The position numbers were made by a program, and so were the translations under genes. Shown here piece by piece: positions 27,210-43,560 of a stretch of DNA of 64,000 nucleotides. This stretch comes from the human T2T-CHM13v2.0 reference genome, Homo sapiens. The notes beneath the pieces are model-generated. The model saw only the letters and a list, made by a program, of their open reading frames with translations, had not been told where the DNA came from and did no database searches. The DNA lies in the NCBI RefSeq assembly GCF_009914755.1, contig NC_060935.1, one strand, 5' to 3'. Positions within the stretch are counted from its first letter, which is position 1. Each line of letters begins with the position of its first letter.

Positions 27210-27712
27210 ATAGAAGGAATGGTTTACTGTCCTTATTTATTCATCTCCTGACATACATCTGAATTTAAAAGTAAAGGACAGATTTTAACTCACAGAGTAG
27301 GTGCCTAGTGTATAATTGGGGGTATAAAATGTGGGCAAGTATTAAAAACATTTAAGTTAGTTCCTTAGGCATATCATGTAGATATCACTTAGAGCTAGCT
27401 TTGTCCAGTGGTATCTGGCAATGCATTTGTTAACTCATGAAGAGAGGAATATTTCTCTTTCAAGAATGTCTCCATTCTAACCTAATGTCTTGCATTGTAA
27501 ACTTGCTGCAAGATTCCTACTTAATCCCTGTAACTGCAAACCACAAAGGTGAATTTTGCATATACAAATGCCATTCAGTGACATTAGCCGTCACCAGAGA
27601 AGTTTAGAGTTTACCCACTCTGTAAGTCACCACCTGGGGTTTCACTTTAAGCAAAGATTTTATTGTCAACCATGTGAATGTCTAATAAAAAAATTCAAAG
27701 CAAGTGTTAAAA

Positions 27713-27875
27713 ATGGGGTTTAAGATTAGAAGACCTGGGTTCAAGTTCAGGCTTTAGAACTTGACTTACTACCTTGAGATTCTTGGGCCAATCACTAGAC
27801 CTCTTCAAATTACAATTTTTCTATCTTCAATGTTTAGAGCATCATCATAATTATCTTATAGAATTATTACAAGGG
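27713..27875 (+). mobile_element. MIR hosting the L1PA3 insertion (continues ~34042-34100)
   Basis: agaagacctgggttcaagt...ttgggccaatcact..acctct. Confidence 0.65.
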
Positions 27876-28320
27876 GAAGATGGCCAAATAGGAACAGCTC
27901 CGGTCTACAGCTCCCAGCATGAGCGATGCAGAAGACGGGTGATTTCTGCATTTCCATCTGAGGTACCGGGTTCATCTCACTAGGGAATGCCAGACAGTGG
28001 GCACAGGTCAGTGGGTGCAGTGCACCGTGCGCGAGCGGAAGCAGGGCGAGGCATTGCCTCACTCGGGAAGTGCAAGGGGTCAAGGAGTTCCCTTGCCTAG
28101 TCAAAGAAAGGGGTGAAAGACGGCACCTGGAAAATCGGGTCACTCCCACCTGAATACTGCGCTTTTCTGACGGGCTTAAAAAACGGCACACCAGGAGATT
28201 ATATCCTGCACATGGCTCGGAGGGTCCTAAGCCCATGGAGTCACGCTGATTGCTAGCACAGCAGCCTGAGATCAAACTGCAAGGCGGCAGTGAGGCTGGG
28301 TGGGGAGGGGTGCCCGCCAT
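27856..28320 (-). CDS. L1 ORF0 homolog, 154-aa open frame (expression unknown)
   Basis: MAGTPPHPASLPPCSLISGCCASNQRDS... matches the ORF0 N-terminus; open to a stop beyond the L1 5' junction. Confidence 0.45.
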   Translation of the reverse strand: MAGTPPHPASLPPCSLISGCCASNQRDSMGLGPSEPCAGYNLLVCRFLSPSEKRSIQVGVTRFSRCRLSPLSLTRQGNSLTPCTSRVRQCLALLPLAHGALHPLTCAHCLAFPSEMNPVPQMEMQKSPVFCIAHAGSCRPELFLFGHLPLVIIL

Positions 28321-28903
28321 TGCCCAAGCTTGCTCAGGTAAACAAAGCAGCCAGGAAGCTCGAAGTGGGTGGAGCCCACCACAGCTCAAGGAGGCCTGCC
28401 TGCCTCTGTAGGCTCCACCTCTGGGGGCAGGGCACAGACAAACAAAAAGACAGCAGTAACCTCTGCAGACTTAAATGTCCCTGTCTGACAGATTTGAAGA
28501 GAGCAGTGGTTCTCCCAGCACGCAGCTGGAGATCTGAGAACGGGCAGACTGCCCCCTCAAGTGGGTCCCTGACCCCTGACCCCTGAGCAGCCTAACTGGG
28601 AGGCACCCCCCAGTAGGGGCAGACTGACACCTCACACGGCCGGGTACTCCTCTGAGACAAAACTTCCAGAGGAACGATCAGACAGCAGCATTCGCAGTTC
28701 ACGAAAAACCACTGCTCTGCAGACACCGCTGCTGATACCCAGGCAAACAGGGTCTGGAGTGGACCTCTAGCAAACTCCAACAGACCTGCAGCTGAGGGTC
28801 CTGTCTGTTAGAAGGAAAACTAACAAACAAAAAGGACATCCACACCAAAAACCCATCTGTACATCACCATCATCAAAGACCAAAAGTAGATAAAACCACA
28901 AAG
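27876..28903 (+). promoter_or_regulatory. L1 5'UTR internal sense/antisense promoter
   Basis: YY1 motif AAGATGGCC at 27877; relatively CpG-rich; standard L1PA 5'UTR. Confidence 0.8.
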
Positions 28904-29917
28904 ATGGGGAAAAAACAGAGCAGAAAAACTGAAAACTCTAAAAAGCAGAGCACCTCTCCTCCTCCAAAGGATCACAGTTCCTCACCAGCAGTGGAACAAA
29001 GCTGGACAGAGAATGACTTTGACGAGCTGAGAGAAGAAGGCTTCAGACGATCAAACTACGAGCTACAGGAGGAAATTCAAACCAAAGGCAAAGAAGTTAA
29101 AAACTTTGAAAAAAATTTAGACGAATGTATAACTAGAATAACCAATACAAAGAACTGCTTAAAGGAGCTGATGGAGCTGAAAGCCAAGGCTCGAGAACTA
29201 TGTGAAGAATGCAGAAGCCTCAGGAGCAGATGCGATCAACTGGAAGAAAGGGTATCAGCGATGGAAGATGAAATGAATGAAATGAAGTGAGAAGGGAAGT
29301 TTAGAGAAAAAAGAATAAAAAGAAACGAACAAAGCATCCAAGAAATATGGGACTATGTGAAAAGACCAAATCTACGTCTGATTGGTGTACCTGAAAGTGA
29401 CGGGGAGAATGGAACCAAGTTGGAAAACACTCTGCAGGATATTATCCAGGAGAACTTCCCCAATCTAGCAAGGCAGGCCAACATTCAGATTCAGGAAATA
29501 CAGAGAACGCCACAAAGACACTCCTCGAGAAGAGCAACTCCAAGACACATAATTGTCAGATTCACCAAAGTTGAAATGAAGGAAAAAATGTTAAGGGCAG
29601 CCAGAGAGAAAGGTCGGGTTACCCACAAAGGAAAGCCCATCAGACTAACAGTGGCTCTCTCGGCAGAAACTATACAAGCCAGAAGAGAGTGGGGGCCAAT
29701 ATTCAACATTCTTAAAGAAAAGAATTTTCAACACAGAATTTCATATCCAGCCAAACTAAGCTTCATATGTGAAAGAGAAATAAAATCCTTTACAGAGAAG
29801 CAAATGCTGAGAGATTTTGTCACCACCAGGCCTGCCCTAAAAGAGCTCCTGAAGGAAGCACTAAACATGGAAAGGAACAACCGGTACTAGCCTCTGCAAA
29901 ATCATGCCAAAATGTAA
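28904..29917 (+). pseudogene. L1 ORF1p, disabled
   Basis: MGKKQSRK...; premature TGA at 29288-29290 (consensus CGA) and TAG at 29888-29890 (consensus CAG). Confidence 0.93.
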
Positions 29918-29980
29918 AGACCATCGAGACTAGGAAGAAACTGCATCAACTAATGAGCAAAATAACCAGCTAACATCATA

Positions 29981-33794
<3,814 letters not shown>

Positions 33795-34149
33795 ACAGTG
33801 AGAACACATGGACACAAGAAGGGGAACATCACACTCTGGGGACTGTTGTGGGGTGGGGGGAGGGGGGAGGGATAGCATTGGGAGATATACCTAATACTAG
33901 ATGACGACTTAGTGAGTGCAGCGCACCAGCATGTCACATGTATACACATGTAACTAACCTGCACATTGTGCACATGTACCCTAAAACTTAAAGTATGATA
34001 ATAATAAAAAAAAGAGATAATAAGTAAATCTAAAAAAAAAAAGAATTATTTCAAGGGTAAAATATGAAGAGTACATGAAAGACTGTATATAACCTAAGGA
34101 GCTGAAAAGTGTCATCCCTAAAAGGTGGAGTAGCAAGTCATAAATCTCT

Positions 34150-34430
34150 GCTATATGGCCGAGTTTGTCATTGTGGTAAAGAAACTCCTGTCCTTATCTG
34201 ACTTTGGAGTCACACTACCCGAATTCAACCCACAGCAAACAGCATGTCACTTAGTTTCTGTGACAGTGGGTAAACCACCTAAACCTGCTGAGTTCAGTTT
34301 CTGCATCTGTAAAGATGGATAATAATAATTTATCACAGAGGTTATTGTGTATATCAGATGAAATAATTTGGGAAGCATTTAGAAAAATGCCTGGAATGTA
34401 GAAAGCACGCAGTAAATATTAGCTGATAAT
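34150..34430 (+). mobile_element. MIR
   Basis: gactttggagtca...ttcagtttctgcatctgtaaagatggataataata. Confidence 0.75.
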
Positions 34431-35967
34431 GATAATGGTGATGATATGATGATGGTGGTGATCATTATGAGGACAACAGCCCTTCCTCCTAATACCCTGA
34501 GGCAACTCTTTTCTTAGGCTTAAGAATAATAATTGCTAGTTGCTCATTAGAGAATACTACGCTTAAATTTTAATGGTTATGCCAAAATCAAAATTTCTTA
34601 TAAAGAGTAAGAATTAGGATTTTGCCAAGTTTTATCTTTCCATCACACTTAGTTAAACGCATTAAGATGATATAATTGACACAATTAATTTCAATTAGGT
34701 ATTTCTAATTGTGAACATACTTCGAGCCACGTAAAACAAGTAGACTCAAAAAAAAAAGAGAAAGAAAAAGAAAATGTTTGTAAACCATAAAGTCTCAGAC
34801 TTATAGTCAGATCTAAACATCTGTGATTGTAATAGTTTAGGATGCATTGTGCTTGACTTACTTCAATCACTGTGTATGTACTGAGCTATAAAACCCTTAC
34901 TATTTTGAATAAAGCTAAATAATTAGATTTTAAAAGCTTGCATCTTTTTAAACTCTTATTACACTATTTCTTCCTACTGCTAAATTTTCATTAGATTTGA
35001 CATAAATTGACTTTAGTAAATAGTAGGTTTAGAAAAATAATGTTTAAAGCATTCAGTATTTTATAAATAGATGGAAACGTTTCAAATAATTGATCAGACA
35101 AAATTGGAACTGACTACCTAAGTTGCTGTGTTAAAAAAGAAATATAAAGTCTCAGAGGCAGAGAGCAAAATGGAGATGTCTGTCAGAGGGACATGGGAAT
35201 CATAATTGTTATCACTGATGATTTTATATCCCATAATGATTAAATAGGTATTAAGAGGTATGATAAATTATGAAAGGCAGTACCTCCCAATGTAAATCAT
35301 AGAAATGAATTTATGATTACTTTATTTCTACATATAGGATACAGTTTATAATATTTATAAATACTGAAATATTCCCTGGGGAAGAGCAGAAAGACATAGA
35401 GGTACATTCTAATTTTTTTCCCAGCAGATATGTAGAGAAACTCTATCTATACATTTTGCAACATGAAAGTTATCAAAAATATAACATTTCTGCATCCATG
35501 AGGGGGTCTGATGAAAATTGTCAAGAGAGTTAGAGTCAGAGATTGAATCCTTTCTCCTATGTCTACCTCCTCTGGCCTAGTCCAAAGTTTTGAGTTGTCT
35601 GAAAACACACTTACCACTTGGGTCATTAATACCAGGGAAGCACAGACCCTCATCAACTTCAACAAGTCATCATGTGAACATGTATACAATAAGAGATACA
35701 TACATATATGCCAACAAAAAGTCCCACAAACCAGTTTTTGACAGCTGTATCCCAATGAAGAATCACACTACATTCACCAAAATGCCCAAGTCTTCTCCTC
35801 TATTGCATGCCCCCACAAACTATGTTGAGTCTGGTTTATCCTAAGGTATCATTTTTCTTATATTTTCTGTAATTGAATGCAGTCTTCCTGAAAATTAACT
35901 AAGTATGTATGTGTTGTAAATGTGTATGTATTGAACTCCTGTTTATTTCCAAACAGGTGCTTTATAT

Positions 35968-36302
35968 TAGCGGTCCCCAAATTTTTTGGCAACAGCGACT
36001 GGTTTAGAGGAAGACAATTTTTCCACAGATGGATGGCATGGGTGGAGATGTTTTGGGGATGATTCAAGCACATTCCATTTATCATTAGATTTTTATAAGG
36101 CAGGCACCACCTAGATCCCTTGCATGCTTGGTTCACAATAAGGTTTACACTCCTATGAGAATCTAATGCCAGCAGCTGATCTTACAGGAGGTGGAGCTCA
36201 GGCAGTAAAGGTTCCTTGCATGCTCACCTTCTGCTGTACGACCCGTTTGCTAACAGGTCACAGACGGATAGCAGTCTGCGGCCCAGGGGTTGGAGATCCC
36301 TG
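35968..36302. mobile_element. MER1B-type hAT-Charlie MITE, full length
   Basis: TIRs agcggtccccaa / ttggagatccctg; ctcctatgagaatctaatgcc motif; perfect 8-bp TSD ctttatat at 35960-35967 and 36303-36310. Confidence 0.9.
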
Positions 36303-36950
36303 CTTTATATCATGTATTACCCATATAGTAATCCTGCATGAAAAGCAAGGTGAAAATGTCAATTTGTTTTTCAAAGGAAAAAACTGGGTTTAGAGAAGTT
36401 AAGTAAAAGTAGCAAGAGGTGGAGTTTGGATTCAAATGCACATCTGTCCAAGGCCTTCACAATTAAGCCACCCTGTATACTCTGGGTAAAGTGTTGCATT
36501 ATGTACTTGGATAACATGAATGAAGAGGATGTGATGCCTGACCTGGACAATCTTGTATATTCTGCCAGACACCATCTTACCTATAGAGTTAAGGTTCTAC
36601 CTTACCCGATTTTATGTGACAGGCAAAATGGAACTTTCATAGCTTCATGACTTATTATAATATGTATTTGTAAAAAACACAGATATACTTCTCCCTCCCT
36701 TTTACATACCTTTCAAGATGTAATGGAGAAGAAACATTCTGGAGATTTTCTAAGACATTATTAACTAAAGACCCAGAGTAGAGTGGTGAGTACCTGAGTG
36801 ATACAGTGGAGACAAAGTAGCCATGAGGCTTTGAGACAGGGTAGCACAGTCTGTCACAGCCTGGACTTCTGAAGCATACAAATATGGGTTCTAATCCCAC
36901 TGCTGCCACTCAATAGTTTTATGACTTCAGACAAGATAGCCAACCACCTG

Positions 36951-36988
<38 letters not shown>
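36951..36988. repeat. (CA)n microsatellite
   Basis: About 19 CA units with one interruption. Confidence 0.95.
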
Positions 36989-36992
<4 letters not shown>

Positions 36993-38439
36993 AACAGAAA
37001 ATACTCTAATTTTATATTCGTAATTATGTACACATATTCACGTGATTTAGAAGTAGGTTATACTTGTAGTTGATTGCCTCATTTTTGTCATTTTGGAAGA
37101 AGGATTACAATATGTTGTGTGTAGATTTTGTCTATTGCACAACTCAAAGACTTCTCCTTAAATAAGTGTGCTGGTTGCAAAATGAAATGTTAAATTTATG
37201 CAAATCACCCTTTAAAATTCTGTTTTTCCAATGGTCTTCCAAATTCAAAATTTATTTAAATGTTTGAGAAAAATATAGAAATATTTTAGAAGCTATATGA
37301 GTATATCAAACAACATTTTGAAAATTTAAAGCTAATTGACCTTACATTGATTGAAATAAAAATAAAATTGAGAAATAAGTAAATATAATATATTTGGTTG
37401 GAAGATAAATACAAATTATAATAAATTGTGATGAACATTTTATATAGTAGTTATTTTATATAATTCAGATATCCATAAGGTTTTTATGACCTCTTTATTA
37501 ATTTTATTAATAAAGATTTCAACAAATAAAAATTATCAATAATAGTATTTATCAATTTTCACATTAATAAAAATGCATGATTTGGATAAGTTATTTAAAA
37601 CACAAAAAAACTTGACTTGTTCCTCTTTCACCTTAAAGTTAGCTTTATCTTCACAAGTGAAGATATCTGACATACTTCCTTTATGATGTTGCCTAGCATC
37701 TCTAAGATCATATAGTTCTAAGTGGCTGCATTTTTAAAATTTGAGTCTCTTTCTCTATACATCCTGTAAAAATCCCTAGTAGATCACTCACTTACCCAGT
37801 GTGGACAACGTGCTCATTTCACAAAGATCAAGGTGGCCACAGAAATATGATACTCTCTGGTAGTTAAAGTCTAAGCCTTCCTAAATGAAGATTTTCCTCT
37901 ATAGCACTAGAACTGTACTTACCAAAATCATCTTCTAGCATTTGAAACCCTGGAGGAATTATTTTTTCCTTATTTTGTAGTAAAGATTTTTGTTTATTAA
38001 AGTTCTTTTTGAGAAGGTCCAGATAAGACAAGCATTTGCATTCACCATTCCTCACTGTCTTGTATGTCCTTCCTGGTTTCTTTCCACTTCTACTAAAATC
38101 TAGTTGTCATTAAATTCAACTTATACCTTTCTGCTCAAATTTTCCCAAGACTTACCATTGTATGTGATTCTTTCTTGTTTATACATGTATGAATTTCTCT
38201 AAGAAACAGGGACAAGTGTAGTCATTTTCAGATTTCTCCTAGCATTGTGATTATTTCATACATTATTCAAAATATTTTAAATAAATGGATTTGTTAATTA
38301 AGCAGATGGAAAGAAAAAGCTTAGCAACCAGTTTGCTGAAATCATTCTTTCTTACCCAGAGGAAAGTGGGGAGAAAGAATTACTGAAATCTCCTTTTAAA
38401 TATAATATGACCATCTTAGGATATCTACTTTGGGAACAT

Positions 38440-38443
<4 letters not shown>

Positions 38444-38475
<32 letters not shown>

Positions 38476-38577
38476 AGACGGAGTCTCGCTCTGTCGCCCA
38501 GGCCGGACTGCGGACTGCAGTGGCGCAATCTCGGCTCACTGCAAGCTCCGCTTCCCGGGTTCACGCCATTCTCCTGC
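38444..38577 (-). mobile_element. 5'-truncated AluYb8/Yb9
   Basis: Diagnostic 7-bp duplication ggactgcggactgc plus other Yb sites (gggaagcgg, gagattgcg); pure T tail; perfect TSD gggaacattctt at 38432-38443 and 38578-38589. Confidence 0.95.
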
Positions 38578-38829
38578 GGGAACATTCTTATGTTTAGAAT
38601 AGTCACAGCAGAATATACTTGATCTACCAATGTGTACATATGATAAACATACCTGGAACTTATGAATTTATGAATTATGGTTCTCCAAATATGTCAGCTA
38701 TACAATTATCAGAATATAAATGGTGATGTTTCAGCACCTAACTAGCTCTCTTTGAACTAATTGTGCTGAAGGGATTGTCCCACCTGAGTTTAAGATTTTC
38801 TATACATCTTCAGTATACAAGATAATTTA

Positions 38830-39000
38830 TTATTGACAAAAATGTAGACATATACACCAATGGAACAGAATTAAACGTCCAGAAAAAGTCCCAAATATGT
38901 ATGAAAAATAGATTTTTAACAATGTACCAAGGCAACTCAATGGTGTTGAATCAATTGGACATTCAAATCAAGGAAAAATAAACATTAGCAATTCCGTTGG
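38830..39000 (+). mobile_element. Old L1M ORF2 fragment
   Basis: accaatggaacagaat...ccagaa...ccaaggcaactcaatgg. Confidence 0.6.
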
Positions 39001-39145
39001 TTGGAGAGACTCTGAATTGTCCATTGTACTCAAAACAAACAAACAAACAACTGAAAAGAGCAATGCAGAATACAAATATGAGCCAAAGATGGGAGAAGAA
39101 AATGAGGACAATGAACAATCATCAACAGGATGACATCTGCTTTCT

Positions 39146-39457
<312 letters not shown>

Positions 39458-40522
39458 GATGACATCTACTTTCTGTTGAAGGTATTAAATCCTCAAGGAC
39501 TGCTCAGTCTATAGCTCTCAGCTTCTTTCTGCCTTCCTGTTATTCATAATTCTTAATTCTTGTGCTAAAATTGTTTGTCTTGTTTTTTTTAGTCTTTGTT
39601 TCAAGATTTTTTTCTTTCTCATCATTGCATAATTTTAATTACATTAACTTTAAAGAGGGCAGTATCAAACTTGGTTTGAAGGACATTGCGTTTGGAAACT
39701 TGCTTATTTTGAATTTCATCATATCTGTTAAAATTTTCTCCTTCCAGACTGCTCTTTCTCAGGCTCTTTTTCTGCAACTGACCCACTTTTTTTATTGCAA
39801 GAGTATTAGAACTTTAGGATTTCATTCTAGGTCCAGTTCTCTTCTTCACATACGTCCCTGGGATTGTCTACCTGCAATGCTAAAACTAACAGTGTAGGAT
39901 CTTCTACCAATTTCTTATGGAAGCTCCAGTTATACATCAAACTGACTACATTTTCTTTCTTTTGTGTCCTTGTTTCTTTGCACATATAGCTTTCTTTTTC
40001 TGAAATATTATTTTCCACCTATTTTTAATATAGGAAGGTTTTATTTATTCTTTTTGATTCAGCTCTAATATTACATTCTCTGGAAAGCCTTCCCTGATAT
40101 TTTATCCTAGTAATGGCTATACTTCCTAAGACAAGCTTAGAAATGTGTTCTGACAGTAGAAATGAACATTTAAAACCTGAATATTTAAGAAAATACAAAG
40201 CCCATACAAAGCACGTGGCACCACTCTCGATTACGGCAATGGTCACAGTATAATATTCATGCAATTCCTGACATTTTAATGTTTGTATTTTTCTTACCTG
40301 ATGCGTCTAGCCCAATTTCTGACATATACCAATTTTTGCATAAATTTCTATTAAAGTTAATATCATTGGAGCCATCTTGGGTAGTACTGGATAAGGAACT
40401 TCACCTAGACAAACTTTATCAGAAGTCAACATTAGACAGTTTGTTAATAAGCCCAATTAAACGTTACATATCATTGATAAAATATCTAGCCTGTCAATAA
40501 ACAGTATACAGACATGAAGACC

Positions 40523-40871
40523 TGTCTCAGTCTATTTTGTGCTGCTATAACAGAATACCTAAGATGTGATAATTTATAATAAAGAGAAAGTCATTGACTC
40601 ACAGTTTTACAGGCTGGGAAGTTCAAGATCAAAGTGCTGGCATCTTGTAAGAGCCCTCTTGCTGCATGATCACATGACAAGGCAAATGGGCAAGACCACA
40701 AGAGAGCAAGAGAAGACCAAACTCACCCTTTTTGGACAGCATTATTACCCCCACAAAGGCAGACCTATCATGACCTAATCACCTCCTAAGTTTCCCCTCT
40801 TAATACTGCTATAATGGCAATTTTAAATTTCAACATGAGTTTCAGAGGGGAGAAACATTCAACCTATAGCA
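40523..40871 (-). mobile_element. MSTB/MSTD/MLT1A-type MaLR solo LTR
   Basis: tgtctcagtc..gtgctgctataacagaatacc...ggctgggaagttcaagatcaa...aacattcaacctatagca. Confidence 0.85.
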
Positions 40872-41125
40872 CTACCCTTATATCAATAGTTTACACATCT
40901 GGGGACCCATAGTTCATATACTAAAAATATAGTAACTTAGGTTTAACTCCTAAAAGGTAATTTTTCAGTTGCTGATTCAGAGGTTACTTTGGTGCCTTAC
41001 TCCAGTTAGGTGGTTAGCTGAATCCTGCGTTAGAACACTATTGTATTTTTCTCTGGTTAGCCTTTCATGGAAGATACTGGTAAGGCACCTAAAAGGACAG
41101 ACAGTTGGGATTCCATCAAACTTAC

Positions 41126-41483
41126 TGTATTAGTCCATTCTCACACTGCTGTAAAGAACTACCTGAGACTTGGTGATTTATAAACAAAAGAGGTTTAATT
41201 GACTCACGGTTCCGCATGGCTGGGGAGGCCTCAGGAAACTTACAATCATGTCAGAAGGCAAAGGTGAAGCAAGGCACACCTTACATGGTGGCAGGAGAAA
41301 GAGATTGCAAGGAGAAACAGCCACTTTTAAACCATCAGATCTCATGAGAACTCCCTCACTATCACAAGAACAGCATGGAGAAAACCACTCCCATAAATCT
41401 ATCATCTTCCACCAGGTCCCTCCCTCAACACATGGGGATTATAATTAGAAATTTGGGTGGGGACACAGAGCCAAACCATATCA
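41126..41483 (-). mobile_element. THE1D-like MaLR solo LTR
   Basis: tgtattagtcc...gccaaaccatatca; perfect 5-bp TSD cttac at 41121-41125 and 41484-41488. Confidence 0.93.
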
Positions 41484-41957
41484 CTTACAGAGCAGAATAA
41501 CTAATCTGTGCATATTTGTTAATAAATGTGTATGTGTGTTTAGGAGAATCTTATCTGAGACTTGTTTATTGCAAAATGGCAATAAGGTTGTAGGAAGAAA
41601 GCCTGTAGTCTTTACCAAAATAATTGTTGAGGCTATTGTATTTACTATAAAACCTAATAGTTGTACATGATCAAAGTGACTTACATCATTTAAGAGAAGC
41701 CTCATTTATTTTACTGGGGCTATTTGGCTTTATTTGAGGACTAGAGTAAATGTCTTTTTAACTTTGAAAGTCTCAAAAACAGTGGAAAATAACTGTTTTT
41801 TTAGAATTACATATTTGATCATATTAAATACCATTGGAAACTTGTTTTCCAATGAACTAAAGCTAAATGGCTTATTTTGGCATTTAAATCACATCACACA
41901 TTAACCCAGCTTAACCTTCTAGCTTGATCTTTCAGGATCTATCTTATACAAACCCTA

Positions 41958-42031
41958 AACAGATTGTTGTTCTATGAATACATGAGGGAAGTGGTGATTT
42001 CCCTCATGTATTCATAGAAAAATAATCTGTT
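41958..42031. repeat. 33-bp inverted repeat (31/33), 8-nt loop
   Basis: aacagattgttgttctatgaatacatgagggaa / ttccctcatgtattcatagaaaaataatctgtt. Confidence 0.95.
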
Positions 42032-42283
42032 GAGCAGCTACCAAGGCCAGATGTTGCTCTAAGTAAAGCAGAAATGCTTCATGCATTAAGTAATTTAGAG
42101 TCTGGTACAGGGAGTTAGTTGATAAGTGAACAAATTACTATCAAATTTAGATATATCATTAACTAATTCTGGAGGTTTCTGAAGTGTTTTCACAGGTAAA
42201 TTTCTGCTTCCTAACTCTCATGCTTGCTTGTGCTCTTGCTGTCTCTCTCAATCTCTCTCCGTCCCTCCCTCCCTCTTTCATTC

Positions 42284-42742
<459 letters not shown>

Positions 42743-43560
42743 TGACTAAATCCTTTTGTAATACCACTTTCTTTTATTTCTGGCAGAATATATTACTATT
42801 GCTTTCCAGCCTCATACTCATTATTCATGAGTGCATTATAGCAATAAGTGTGTTGCATTGCAATGTATATACATAGCTGTCCTTCCCACTAGATTTTGAA
42901 TACTTATCTAGAAAGTTGCCTAACATATATAATTTATACAAGTTTGTTAAAAATATAAAGAAATGATCCACAGGAAATAATTATAATGTAGAAGACCTTA
43001 TTCAAGGTTAGTAGAAATCTGAATAGACATGACAAATTTTAGTTGATATCTGTTTTACCTGAATCATATCAATTATAAGAATGAGCTATAAAGCAATATT
43101 GATAAGGTTTATATTTTGAACTTCATCCCCCAAAAATGGTCAGCTTCATTATGTTCCTTGGCCATAAGTTGTATCCTATACACTTACTGATGTTTCACAA
43201 ATGAGAATCAATGACAAAGAAGAGGAGAGAAGCACTTTGATCATTCAGTCTATCAAAATTCATTAGGCGTGCATTGTTGAACATTCTTTACTCCTTATAA
43301 GCTGTTTGTTAAAGATTGGCAAACAGTCAGAGTCAGAAATAAAACTACGACTCATTAAACTAATTCTATTGATGAAGAAAATGAAACTCAGAGAGCTTAA
43401 AAGATTATCTACACAACACTTGAGTGACAGTTTGAAGTGGTATCCACCTTTATCTGCCTCCTGCTCTATTGCTACTTCTATAATGTCACACATTATTACA
43501 GGTCTGGTCTGAATATCTGAATCTTATCCTATGAAGAAACAAAATATTATAAAAAAATAT

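Noticed and set aside
33837-33871. G-quadruplex-forming G-tract
   Set aside because: Standard feature of the L1PA 3'UTR, not locus-specific
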